Shown: positions 25,600-33,756 of the stretch, piece after piece
How the letters are laid out: the number at the start of each line of letters is the position of its first letter
How positions within the stretch are numbered: the stretch's first letter is position 1
DNA from: an uncultured Poribacteria bacterium
Lineage (GTDB): Bacteria > Poribacteria > WGA-4E > WGA-3G
Reading direction: 5' to 3'
Assembly (NCBI GenBank): GCA_951828515.1
Contig: OX639992.1
Span: 1,706,561 to 1,770,560, forward strand
DNA: 64,000 nt
The notes under the pieces: model-generated
The model's database searches: none
Seen by the model: only the letters and a program-made list of their open reading frames with translations
Told to the model about the DNA's origin: nothing
Position numbers and translations under genes: made by a program

Positions 25600-26388
25600 C
25601 TATCTTTTCAGCTTACCCCACACCGTCGCCAATTTGCCGCGGGCAGAAACATCAAGCGTATCGTTGATGATTTTCTGGATGTCTGCTTCAGAAAGTGCGT
25701 AGTTGGCTAACATTAATTCGTCGATTCTACCCTGAAAGAAACGCGGGCAGCATCCGTTATTTTCGCCACCGAATCGCAAAGACTTGTCTGGTCTGGTTAG
25801 ACCAGGCCCCTTCTGTGCGATAGCCGTACCATCGGATTCCCCATTAATATAAAAACGGGCTTCGCTACCATCCCAGGCAATGGCAACATGCGACCATTCT
25901 TTCGCCTTTATTTTCCCATCAGAAATATGGTAACCTGGACTACTGGTCTCGTAGAAGTAATAAGCAAGCTGTCCCGCACCCGGCTCAATTTGCAGATAGT
26001 AGGTGTTCTTGTAGAAAATCGTGAACTTGTTCTCCTGCCCACCCGCCGGAAGTTCGTCAGGGTAAACCCATGCCATCATCGTAATGGCTTCATCTATGTC
26101 GAGCTCATCGGAGTGTGCGACATCTATGAAATCGGCTTTACCGGCCTCACCAGCCATTTGCACGGCGTTCCCTGAAATGCCTTCAGCCCACTTCACATCG
26201 CCGTCGAATTCACCGACCAAACCAGCAGTCTCATCCTTAGCCTCTTTCCCTTTGCCTTCATCGAAATGCCAGACATATAACTTCTCGCCGAGCTGTTTCA
26301 CGTTACCTTTTCCGCCCGCAGCGTAACCCGCAAAGCAGAGAGATAGACTTAGAAAAACGCATAGCATCATCAAAATCTGGGTTCTCAT
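25600..26388 (-). CDS. Secreted LamG/concanavalin-A-like domain protein with C-terminal TVWGKLK tail
   Basis: Signal peptide (MRTQILMMLCVFLSLSLCFAG). LamG pattern (WHFDEGKGKEAKDETAG..., ITMMAWVYP, WSHVAIAWDGSEARFYINGE, GRIDELMLANYALSEADI). The tail is KLATVWGKLKR. Confidence 0.8.
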   Translation of the reverse strand: MRTQILMMLCVFLSLSLCFAGYAAGGKGNVKQLGEKLYVWHFDEGKGKEAKDETAGLVGEFDGDVKWAEGISGNAVQMAGEAGKADFIDVAHSDELDIDEAITMMAWVYPDELPAGGQENKFTIFYKNTYYLQIEPGAGQLAYYFYETSSPGYHISDGKIKAKEWSHVAIAWDGSEARFYINGESDGTAIAQKGPGLTRPDKSLRFGGENNGCCPRFFQGRIDELMLANYALSEADIQKIINDTLDVSARGKLATVWGKLKR

Positions 26389-26415
26389 TGGTGGTTCCTC
26401 CCTTTAGAATGAACA

Positions 26416-26441
26416 AAAGGGCGGGTCAAACCCGCCCCTTT
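26416..26441 (-). terminator. Rho-independent terminator candidate between the two LamG genes
   Basis: The minus strand reads GGGGCGGGTTTGACCCGCCC followed by TTTTGTT. Confidence 0.55.
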
Positions 26442-26503
26442 AGTAAACTTGGCAACAAGCAGGCATTGTGGCACTGCCGCTATGACAGAGAATATTTATT
26501 CAG

Positions 26504-27274
26504 TTACATTTTCAACTTGCCCCACGTTGTGGCAAGTTTATCCTTGGGCGATACAGCAAAATAAACGCCGTTTTCCATATCTTGGTTAATCTCGTCAACG
26601 GTGAGGGCGCGGTCATAGATGGCGACTTCATCAACCAAGCCAATCATACCGGGCAATCCCGTTTGTGCCTTACCGATACGGAAGACGACTTCAATGCTGT
26701 TAATTTCACCCTTCGGTGGTGCGAATTCAACATCTAATTTGCCGTCAATATATTGGCGAATCATATCACCATCGTAGGTAGAAGAAACGTGGTGCCACTG
26801 CTCCAAATCGGGTTTAATTGTCTGTTTATTCCGTGAACCTTTCCACCCACCGATGTTAATCCACGTCTCAATTTGCGGGGAACCCGTAAACTGAGCACTC
26901 CACTGAAGGCAATAGCCGCCAACGTTTGCAGAGCTTCTGCGTCCCATCAAGTTAGAGTCACCTTGGGATTCCTCAGGGAAAAACCATGCCTGAATCGTGA
27001 TCTCATCCGTAATGTCGAGTTCAGGAACTGCGTCAACCTCTACAAACTGTTCGGAAGCTTCAAGATGCACAGCACCGCCAATTTTACCGTCTTTCGACCA
27101 TACGGCACCTTCAAGGGTACCTTCGATGTTATTGCCACTTACATCTTTCACCTTGCCACCATCGTCTTCATCGAAAGTGAAATACAACATGAGCGCCTTG
27201 TCATCGTTTATTGCCCACGCATCGACACTAAGACTTAGTGCAATGAGGCAAAAAACTGTGATAATAGTTTTCAT
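26504..27274 (-). CDS. Secreted LamG/concanavalin-A-like domain protein with C-terminal TTWGKLK tail
   Basis: Signal peptide (MKTIITVFCLIALSLSVDAWA). LamG pattern (FTFDEDDGGKVKDVSGNN, ITIQAWFFP, WHHVSSTYDG, GLVDEVAIYDRALTVDEI). The tail is KLATTWGKLKM. Confidence 0.8.
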   Translation of the reverse strand: MKTIITVFCLIALSLSVDAWAINDDKALMLYFTFDEDDGGKVKDVSGNNIEGTLEGAVWSKDGKIGGAVHLEASEQFVEVDAVPELDITDEITIQAWFFPEESQGDSNLMGRRSSANVGGYCLQWSAQFTGSPQIETWINIGGWKGSRNKQTIKPDLEQWHHVSSTYDGDMIRQYIDGKLDVEFAPPKGEINSIEVVFRIGKAQTGLPGMIGLVDEVAIYDRALTVDEINQDMENGVYFAVSPKDKLATTWGKLKM

Positions 27275-27294
27275 AGTAGCGAGCTCCTTGTATT

Positions 27295-27434
27295 GGCTAT
27301 CGGCTGTCGGCAGTCAGCCGTCAGTGAAGAGGTCTTTCAGTAAAATCTACCCTGAGTTTGGAATATTCTGGACACGGGTGAATTGTTAGAAATCTACCTC
27401 TTTGCCGACTGCTGATAGCTGACCGCTGACGGCT
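27295..27434. repeat. Heptad-arm palindromic intergenic element (copy 5)
   Basis: GGCTATCGGCTGTCGGCAGTCAGCCGTCAGTGAAGAGGT ... ACCTCTTTGCCGACTGCTGATAGCTGACCGCTGACGGCT. Confidence 0.8.
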
Positions 27435-27436
27435 AT

Positions 27437-29071
27437 TTAGAATGAAGAAATCTGAATTTCCTTCGCCGTAATAAACTCAAGAAGCGCAGGAGTGCCTTCT
27501 TGCGTTTTTTGGATGCCGCGCTGAATAGCCGGGATAATTTGGTCAGGTGTTTCGACACGCTCACCGTAGCCACCGAACGCCTTCGCCATGTCTGCGTAGT
27601 GACCAGAGATGTCTGTACTACGGAATTTTTCGGTAGACACAGGCATGATCGGAATCTCAATCGCCATTGAGAAATTGTTGAAAAGTACTGACAAAATCGG
27701 GATTCTCTCACGCACAGCAGTCTCAAAATCCATGCCGGTAAAGCCGATAGCGGCATCACCCCAGACGTTGACACAGAGCGCGTCCGGTCTGGCGAGTTTT
27801 GCACCCATGGCGAGTCCGAGACCGTAGCCGAGCTGCGTCGTCTTGCCCCAACCGATATAAGTGAGCGGTGCGACAGACTGCCAGAAGGGCGACATTTGGT
27901 CGCGTGGACTCCCCGCATCGTGCGTAATAATCGTGTTGTTGACATCGACAGTGTGCAGTAGATCCGAGATGACGCGATACGGGGTCATCGGCACTTCATC
28001 CGAGGTGAGTTTCGCCTTCCACTGGTCGAGCCATTCCGCTTTAACCGCACTGATTTCTCCAGTGACAGCAGCCCTGCGCTCCTCGGATGCCCCGTTAGAA
28101 CGATCGCGAACGGCTTCTACCAAGCCATCTAAAATCAAACCTGCATCGCCAACGAGAGCGGTTTCAACGGGAACATCTTTGTTAATGTCCGCGGGATCCA
28201 ATGTCGCGTGGATAACCCGTTTTCCCTCGGGAATCCTGACACCGAAGCCAGTTCGGGTGAAACTGCACCCGATACCCAAAATCAGATCCGTTTTTTGAAG
28301 GAAGTGATGCACCGGTTTCGGAATCGCGCGTCCACCGGAACCCAATGCTAACGGATGATCTTCCGGGAATGCGCTTTTGCCACCCAAACTCGTTGTTACG
28401 GGTGCACCGAGCAGTTCCGCCAATTCTTTTAAAGAATCCCAGGCTTGGGCATAATGCACACCTTGTCCTGCGTAAATGACAGGACACTCGGCATCAAGTA
28501 ACGCCTCTGCAGCAGCCTCAATCGAAGCACTGTCAGGTCCGTAGCGCACGGTGGGTACCGGTGTCGGATCAAAGGAGTCGGAAATCTCTTCACCAAACAG
28601 ATCTGATGGGAATTCCACGAGTGCGGGGCGAGGTCTGCCGTTCCGGACTTGAGTAAAGGCACGTCGCATCGCTTCCGGGACAGCTTCAGGCATCGTGACC
28701 TGTTCACACGACTTCGTTACATGCCGATAGTTCAGGGCAGAATTGAAATTCGGTTGGATTTGCGTCATGCCCCGAGAATAGCCACCCGGCAGAACCACAA
28801 TCGGTGCGGAATCGCCATAGGCTTGGGCGACACCCCCGAAGGCGTTTTCGGAACCGGGTCCGCTCTGCATACAGAACACACCAATCTTCTCCCCAGAGGT
28901 TATCCGGCTCATAGCGTCTGCCATGTGAAGCCCAATACGTTCCTGTCTAACGATAATCGGACGGATGTCTAATTTCGCCGCCGCTTCGATGATCGGGTTA
29001 ACGGGATACGCAAACAGGTATTCGACTCCCTCTGCTTTAAGGACTTTTGCAACTGCATCAACAACTTTCAT
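27437..29071 (-). CDS. Thiamine-diphosphate-dependent enzyme (acetolactate synthase large-subunit-like family)
   Basis: MKVVDAVAKVLKAEGVEYLFAYP, SGPGSENAFGGVAQAYGDSAP and the TPP-binding GDAAIGF...N motif. The ATG at 29071 is preferred because upstream codons lie in repeat copy 6. Confidence 0.85.
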   Translation of the reverse strand: MKVVDAVAKVLKAEGVEYLFAYPVNPIIEAAAKLDIRPIIVRQERIGLHMADAMSRITSGEKIGVFCMQSGPGSENAFGGVAQAYGDSAPIVVLPGGYSRGMTQIQPNFNSALNYRHVTKSCEQVTMPEAVPEAMRRAFTQVRNGRPRPALVEFPSDLFGEEISDSFDPTPVPTVRYGPDSASIEAAAEALLDAECPVIYAGQGVHYAQAWDSLKELAELLGAPVTTSLGGKSAFPEDHPLALGSGGRAIPKPVHHFLQKTDLILGIGCSFTRTGFGVRIPEGKRVIHATLDPADINKDVPVETALVGDAGLILDGLVEAVRDRSNGASEERRAAVTGEISAVKAEWLDQWKAKLTSDEVPMTPYRVISDLLHTVDVNNTIITHDAGSPRDQMSPFWQSVAPLTYIGWGKTTQLGYGLGLAMGAKLARPDALCVNVWGDAAIGFTGMDFETAVRERIPILSVLFNNFSMAIEIPIMPVSTEKFRSTDISGHYADMAKAFGGYGERVETPDQIIPAIQRGIQKTQEGTPALLEFITAKEIQISSF

Positions 29072-29093
29072 TTTTTTAATGTTCCTTTTTTTC

Positions 29094-29206
29094 GGGCTGT
29101 CGGCAGTCAGCAATCAGCAGTCAGTTAAGGGTTTGTGGCAGTCGCGTTTTGCGTGAATTCCACAAATCTCTCTTTAACCGATAACCGATAACCAACAACC
29201 GATAAC
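29094..29206. repeat. Heptad-arm palindromic intergenic element (copy 6)
   Basis: GGGCTGTCGGCAGTCAGCAATCAGCAGTCAGTTAAGGG, inner stem TTTGTGG/CCACAAA, then CTCTTTAACCGATAACCGATAACCAACAACCGATAAC. It runs up to the neighbouring stop codon. Confidence 0.85.
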
Positions 29207-30021
29207 TACTTGGCATTAGAACTCGTAGGCACACCGTCATTCATCACAAGTGGAAAATGGTCGCCTGCTAATTTATCACCATCGTTGACGGCAACAAAAG
29301 GTTTCATAACATGGTTTCCGCTGGCATCGTATAGCGTCTCATCTGTCATATAATGCACCGCAATCGCACGCCGAGGGTTATCGCTTGTGTTGTCATGCGA
29401 TCCGTGCCACGTTAAGGAATGATGGTAATGGACATGTCCTTTCGGTACAGGGCAGAACTCTACCTCTAATTCGTTATCTTCAAAGCGATCCGGCATAGAA
29501 TGGATGTCCTTGACGGAATGCAGGAACGGAATCTGATTGCCCCAATGGTGAGAACCACGAACCATACGCATACATCCATTACCTTCATCAACATCATCCA
29601 ACGCAACCCAAGCCGATACCTGACTCGTTTTCGGGGTAAGGATTGGCCAATAAGGTGAATCTTGGTGCCACATGTTGACGCCACCAACATGCGGCGGTTT
29701 GTATTGAATCTGATCATGCCAGACCCGCAACTCTGTCGCTGACATCAGTTGTCCAATATCTTCGACAATCACCGGATTGTGAACGAGTCGGTGATAGGCA
29801 GAACTCGCCTCCCAAATATTAACGACTTGCCAGACCGGACTCTCTTCTCTGCCGCCGAGATTGACGATATGCACCGGCTGCGGAACATCGGTTTTCTCGT
29901 AATCATCAATAACACGTGCCAATTCCGAACGCAACGCCTCAACCTGCTTATCACTTAAAACACGGTTACCGAGGAGGAACCCTTTTTCACGAAATGTGTC
30001 AACCTGGGTTTGGTTGAGCAT
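29206..30021 (-). CDS. Phytanoyl-CoA dioxygenase (PhyH) family protein, tandem paralogue 1
   Basis: LNQTQVDTFREKGFLLGNRVLS, WHQDSPYW (H-x-D) and LTWHGSHDNTS. It is strongly similar to the adjacent gene. Confidence 0.8.
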   Translation of the reverse strand: MLNQTQVDTFREKGFLLGNRVLSDKQVEALRSELARVIDDYEKTDVPQPVHIVNLGGREESPVWQVVNIWEASSAYHRLVHNPVIVEDIGQLMSATELRVWHDQIQYKPPHVGGVNMWHQDSPYWPILTPKTSQVSAWVALDDVDEGNGCMRMVRGSHHWGNQIPFLHSVKDIHSMPDRFEDNELEVEFCPVPKGHVHYHHSLTWHGSHDNTSDNPRRAIAVHYMTDETLYDASGNHVMKPFVAVNDGDKLAGDHFPLVMNDGVPTSSNAK

Positions 30022-30047
30022 ATCTGTCTCCTATAGATAGAAAAGAT

Positions 30048-30860
30048 TTATATGTTGGGTTTTGTCGGTTCTCCAGCATCCATCACAAGCGGAAAATGGT
30101 GTCCCGCTAATTTATCACCACCATTGATGGTAACAAAACGTTTCATGATGTGAGTGCCATCCTTATCGTAAAGGGTTTCACCCGTCATATAATGCACGGC
30201 AATTGCACGTCTGGGTCCATCACTGGTGTTGTCGTGCGATCCGTGCCATGTCAAGGCGTGATGATAATGGACATGTCCTTTCGGCACAGGACAGAGTTCC
30301 ACTTCCAATTCGTTACCCTCAAATTGATTCGGCATCGAATCGATGTCTGGAACCTCCCGCAAAAATGGCATCTGGCTTCCCCAGTGATAGGAACCGCGGA
30401 CCATGCGCATACATCCGTTGCTCTCATCAACATCGTCCAACGCAACCCAAGCCGATACCTGACTCGTTTTCGGGGTGAGAATCCCCCATAACGGTGAATC
30501 CTGATGCCAGCGGTTCACACCACCGACCTGTGGCGGTTTGTACTGGATCTGGTCGTGCCAGACGCGCAACTCTGTTGCCGACATGAGTTGCCCAATCTCT
30601 TCGACAATCAATGGATTGTGAACCAGTCGGTGATAGGCAGAACTCGCCTCCCAAATATTGACGATCTGCCAGACTGGACTCTCTTCCTTACCGCCGAGAT
30701 TCGCAATGCGCACGGGTTGCGCAATATCGGTTTTTTCATAGTCATCAATAACACGCGCCAATTCCGAACGCAACTCGTCGACTTGTTCATCACTTAAAAC
30801 ACGGTTTCCGAGAAGAAAGCCTTTTTTACGAAATGTGTCAACCTGAGTTTGATTAAGCAT
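30048..30860 (-). CDS. Phytanoyl-CoA dioxygenase (PhyH) family protein, tandem paralogue 2
   Basis: Collinear with 29206-30021 over the full length (by eye roughly four-fifths identical); same H-x-D and distal His motifs. Confidence 0.8.
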   Translation of the reverse strand: MLNQTQVDTFRKKGFLLGNRVLSDEQVDELRSELARVIDDYEKTDIAQPVRIANLGGKEESPVWQIVNIWEASSAYHRLVHNPLIVEEIGQLMSATELRVWHDQIQYKPPQVGGVNRWHQDSPLWGILTPKTSQVSAWVALDDVDESNGCMRMVRGSYHWGSQMPFLREVPDIDSMPNQFEGNELEVELCPVPKGHVHYHHALTWHGSHDNTSDGPRRAIAVHYMTGETLYDKDGTHIMKRFVTINGGDKLAGHHFPLVMDAGEPTKPNI

Positions 30861-30887
30861 ATTTTTTAATGTTCCTTTTCATTGACA

Positions 30888-30992
30888 ATCGGTTATCGGT
30901 TAAAAGAGGATATTTTGCTGTCGGGTGTTTCCCTTGTTAAACGAAAACCTCTTAACCGACGACTGACGACTGACAACCGACAACCGACAACC
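30888..30992. repeat. Heptad-arm palindromic intergenic element (copy 7)
   Basis: ATCGGTTATCGGTTAAAAGAGGATATTTTGCTGTCGGGTGTTTCCCTTGTTAAACGAAAACCTCTTAACCGACGACTGACGACTGACAACCGACAACCGACAACC. The core is nearly identical to copy 10. Confidence 0.85.
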
Positions 30993-31000
30993 ATTTTCCT

Positions 31001-32035
31001 TTACGCACCAACTATCCTATCCCTGAGTTCCACCCACTCCTCGTCGGAGAGTTTCGGGGGCCACGCAATCCGTTCACCGATGAGTGCGGAGCGATACGCC
31101 GCCATAATCAAATCAAACCCAAGCATCGCGTACTCTAACTTATTGCGATGTGGTTGATTTTCGTCATCGAGCCATGTAGCAATCGCTTGCGTAAAGTCGC
31201 GCTGTCCGAATTTGTCATCTTCGCCGAAGTGGGTTTCCTCAACAAAATGCTCTGTCATACCGTCAAACTGATAGCCCCATGAACCGTTTTCTCGCCACCA
31301 CAGTCTGCCTTTCGTCCCCCAAAAATCGAGGTTGCACCGTGGATTACTACCGGGGAAATCAATGGTTCCGAACGCTGTCCGTGCAGACTCAAAAAAGACG
31401 CGGGCACCGTTCTCGAACGTATAAATCGCCATCAAATCTTCGGGGCATTGCCGATGCGGGATGTGATAGGTTTCTGCACCCTGAACGGCACCCCACACGT
31501 GTGTGATCGGAATGTCTTTCAGGGCGAAAAGCACAACGTCCATCAAGTGCGTATCCATATCGGTAATATCGCCCTCGGTGCAAGCACGAATGAAGTGTAT
31601 GTCGCCGAGACTATCGTCAGCAAAAAACTCTAATAATTTTTCAGCAAATGGCAGATATCGTCGTTGATGATTGACGATAATTTTTAATCCCGTTTTCTCG
31701 TACGCTGCAGCGAGTGCTTCCGCTTCGCTGGGTCTGAGCGCAAGTGGTTTTTCTATCACTAATGCTTTAACACCCGCTTCAGCGGCAGGTTCTACCCAGA
31801 TATGCCGCGGCACCGTCGGTTCTGTGACAGCATGAATAATATCGGGTTTCTCCTTTTCCAACATCTCGACGTAATCTGTGTATCCGGGGATGTTTAGTTC
31901 TTCTACCGCTGCTTTTAACCGTTCCTCGTCAAGTTCGCAGATGGCAACCACCTTCATATTTTCGATGCCTTCATAACGTCGGGCATGGTGTACACCCCGT
32001 CTTCCGCCAACGATCCCAGTTCGATACATTCCCAT
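31001..32035 (-). CDS. Gfo/Idh/MocA family oxidoreductase
   Basis: MGMYRTGIVGGRRG...MKVVAICEL and the EKPL motif (VIEKPLA). The start at 32035 is preferred because the candidate promoter at 32104-32132 would exclude the ORF's upstream Met at 32098. Confidence 0.8.
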   Translation of the reverse strand: MGMYRTGIVGGRRGVHHARRYEGIENMKVVAICELDEERLKAAVEELNIPGYTDYVEMLEKEKPDIIHAVTEPTVPRHIWVEPAAEAGVKALVIEKPLALRPSEAEALAAAYEKTGLKIIVNHQRRYLPFAEKLLEFFADDSLGDIHFIRACTEGDITDMDTHLMDVVLFALKDIPITHVWGAVQGAETYHIPHRQCPEDLMAIYTFENGARVFFESARTAFGTIDFPGSNPRCNLDFWGTKGRLWWRENGSWGYQFDGMTEHFVEETHFGEDDKFGQRDFTQAIATWLDDENQPHRNKLEYAMLGFDLIMAAYRSALIGERIAWPPKLSDEEWVELRDRIVGA

Positions 32036-32103
32036 AATGTGCCTCCTCGTTGAAGCGTGCAGTTTGCCGGTTTCCCATATTCTACCAAACGCTTTCACAC
32101 CGT

Positions 32104-32132
32104 ACTATAGCATCTTTAAAACTTTATGTCAA
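32104..32132 (-). promoter_or_regulatory. Sigma70-type promoter candidate (TTGACA-17-TATAGT)
   Basis: Minus-strand TTGACA (32132-32127), a 17-nt spacer, and TATAGT (32109-32104). Confidence 0.5.
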
Positions 32133-32388
32133 TCAGTTAGTCTTTTGTCCGAGTAAATAGTATACGCCACACCGACGGGAAACGCAAGTGTTTTACGTAC
32201 GGAGACATAGGTTGTCGGGGTTAGAAACCCCTCCCACAAGAGTGCAGCAGCCGTATGTGTGTTGAGACAGAAACCCATCCCCATAGAAAGAGTTACACCC
32301 CAGAGCCCATCCCTACAGCGAAGGGATCTCTACTGGAAGATCGAAAATATAGGAGAACTAAATGGTTCTAATTGACGCGTTTTCTTTA

Positions 32389-32417
32389 TTGTCAAATTCA
32401 CGCCCTTGTGTTACAAT
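32389..32417 (+). promoter_or_regulatory. Sigma70-type promoter candidate (TTGTCA-17-TACAAT)
   Basis: TTGTCA at 32389-32394, a 17-nt spacer, and TACAAT at 32412-32417, 40 nt upstream of the ATG at 32457. Confidence 0.5.
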
Positions 32418-32456
32418 GCAACAGACTAAGTTAATTCACTTTCTGGGGAGGGTTAT

Positions 32457-33584
32457 ATGAAAATTGATAAAATTGAGTCGTTTTTTATTGGGAACGGCTA
32501 TGTAATTCGGATCCATACGGATACCGGTATCAGTGGCGTGGGACAGACCGCTTGTTGGGGTTACCCAGAAGCTGTTGATAGCATCATCAACACGTTTAAG
32601 AAACATCTCATTGGACAGAACCCGTTGCGGATTGAGCATCACTGGCAATATCTCTACCGTATGGGTCCATTTCGTGGAACCGCGCTGAGCGGTGCTATTA
32701 GTGCGGTGGACATCGCCTTGTGGGACATCAAGGGCAAACATTTCGATGTCCCGATTTGGGAATTGTTAGGCGGGAACTGCCGCGATAAAATCCGACTACA
32801 CCTCCTCGGCGGCGGCAGCACACCGGAAACGATGTATGACGCAGCGAAGGCGGCTGTCGAAGAAGGTTTTACGGCACTCAAGTTTGATCCAGTGGTCGGA
32901 AACTTCCAAGACATGACAGTTGATCGTCTCGTCAAGACCGCTCGTGACATTGTAGCGGCGGCTCGAGAAGGCGGTGGACCGGATCTCGATCTGATTGTTG
33001 AAGTGCATCGGAAACTGACACCGATGAATGGCATCCTGCTGGAATCGGCTCTCGCACCGTTTAATCTCTACTTCATTGAAGACCCAATCCAGATCGATAC
33101 TATTACAACACAAGGGGAATTAGCGAAAAGGATGACAACCCCTCTCGCTATCGGTGAACGCAATGTAAGCATCTGGGAATTCCGCGAACTCCTTGAAGCA
33201 GGCGGACCGCAATATGTGCGCCCCGACCTCGGCTTGGCAGGTGGCATAACGCACTGTAAGAAAATCGCGGCACTTGCTGAGGCGTATCACAGTGCGGTTG
33301 TCACGCACAACTTCCTTGGACCACTCATTACCGCGGCATCGCTTCACTTAGATACAAGTATCCCGAACTTCATCACTCAGGAATATACCAAGGGCGATGA
33401 ATCCGAAGCTTTTGCTGTCTATAAAGTCGCATATCAACGGGAAGGTGGATACATTCCAATACCTGAAGCTCCAGGCTTAGGCATTGAACTTGACGATAGT
33501 TTAATCGAAAAAACGCCGTACCAACCAATGAACACCGGCAGGACACCTCTGCGTGAAGACGGCTCTGTCGCTTACGCAGTCTAA
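32457..33584 (+). CDS. Enolase-superfamily dehydratase (mandelate racemase/muconate lactonizing family)
   Basis: MKIDKIESFF...IHTDTGISGVGQ, AISAVDIALWDIKGKHFDVPIWELLGG and FIEDPI. It is a paralogue of 10341-11477. Confidence 0.85.
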   Translation: MKIDKIESFFIGNGYVIRIHTDTGISGVGQTACWGYPEAVDSIINTFKKHLIGQNPLRIEHHWQYLYRMGPFRGTALSGAISAVDIALWDIKGKHFDVPIWELLGGNCRDKIRLHLLGGGSTPETMYDAAKAAVEEGFTALKFDPVVGNFQDMTVDRLVKTARDIVAAAREGGGPDLDLIVEVHRKLTPMNGILLESALAPFNLYFIEDPIQIDTITTQGELAKRMTTPLAIGERNVSIWEFRELLEAGGPQYVRPDLGLAGGITHCKKIAALAEAYHSAVVTHNFLGPLITAASLHLDTSIPNFITQEYTKGDESEAFAVYKVAYQREGGYIPIPEAPGLGIELDDSLIEKTPYQPMNTGRTPLREDGSVAYAV

Positions 33585-33675
33585 CAGCAGTCAGCCATCA
33601 GCATGCTTCGCAGTGAGAACTATCAGACAAGAGCTCTTTGGTAAAGTGTCGTTTTTTGATCGCTGAACGCTGAAG
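33585..33675. repeat. Heptad-arm intergenic element (copy 8, more diverged)
   Basis: CAGCAGTCAGCCATCAGC begins immediately after the stop codon. The right arm is GATCGCTGAACGCTGAAG. Confidence 0.55.
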
Positions 33676-33756
33676 ATTGATACGGAGTGATAGACCCCCA
33701 GCTAAAGCATGGGGGTTTTGACACCGAAGTTTGATAAAGAAGTGGAGGAATCGAAC

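Noticed and set aside
27433-27945. 170-aa minus-strand ORF in an alternative frame
   Set aside because: It lies entirely within the TPP-enzyme gene (27437-29071), which has clear family motifs. The product is Arg/Ser-rich.
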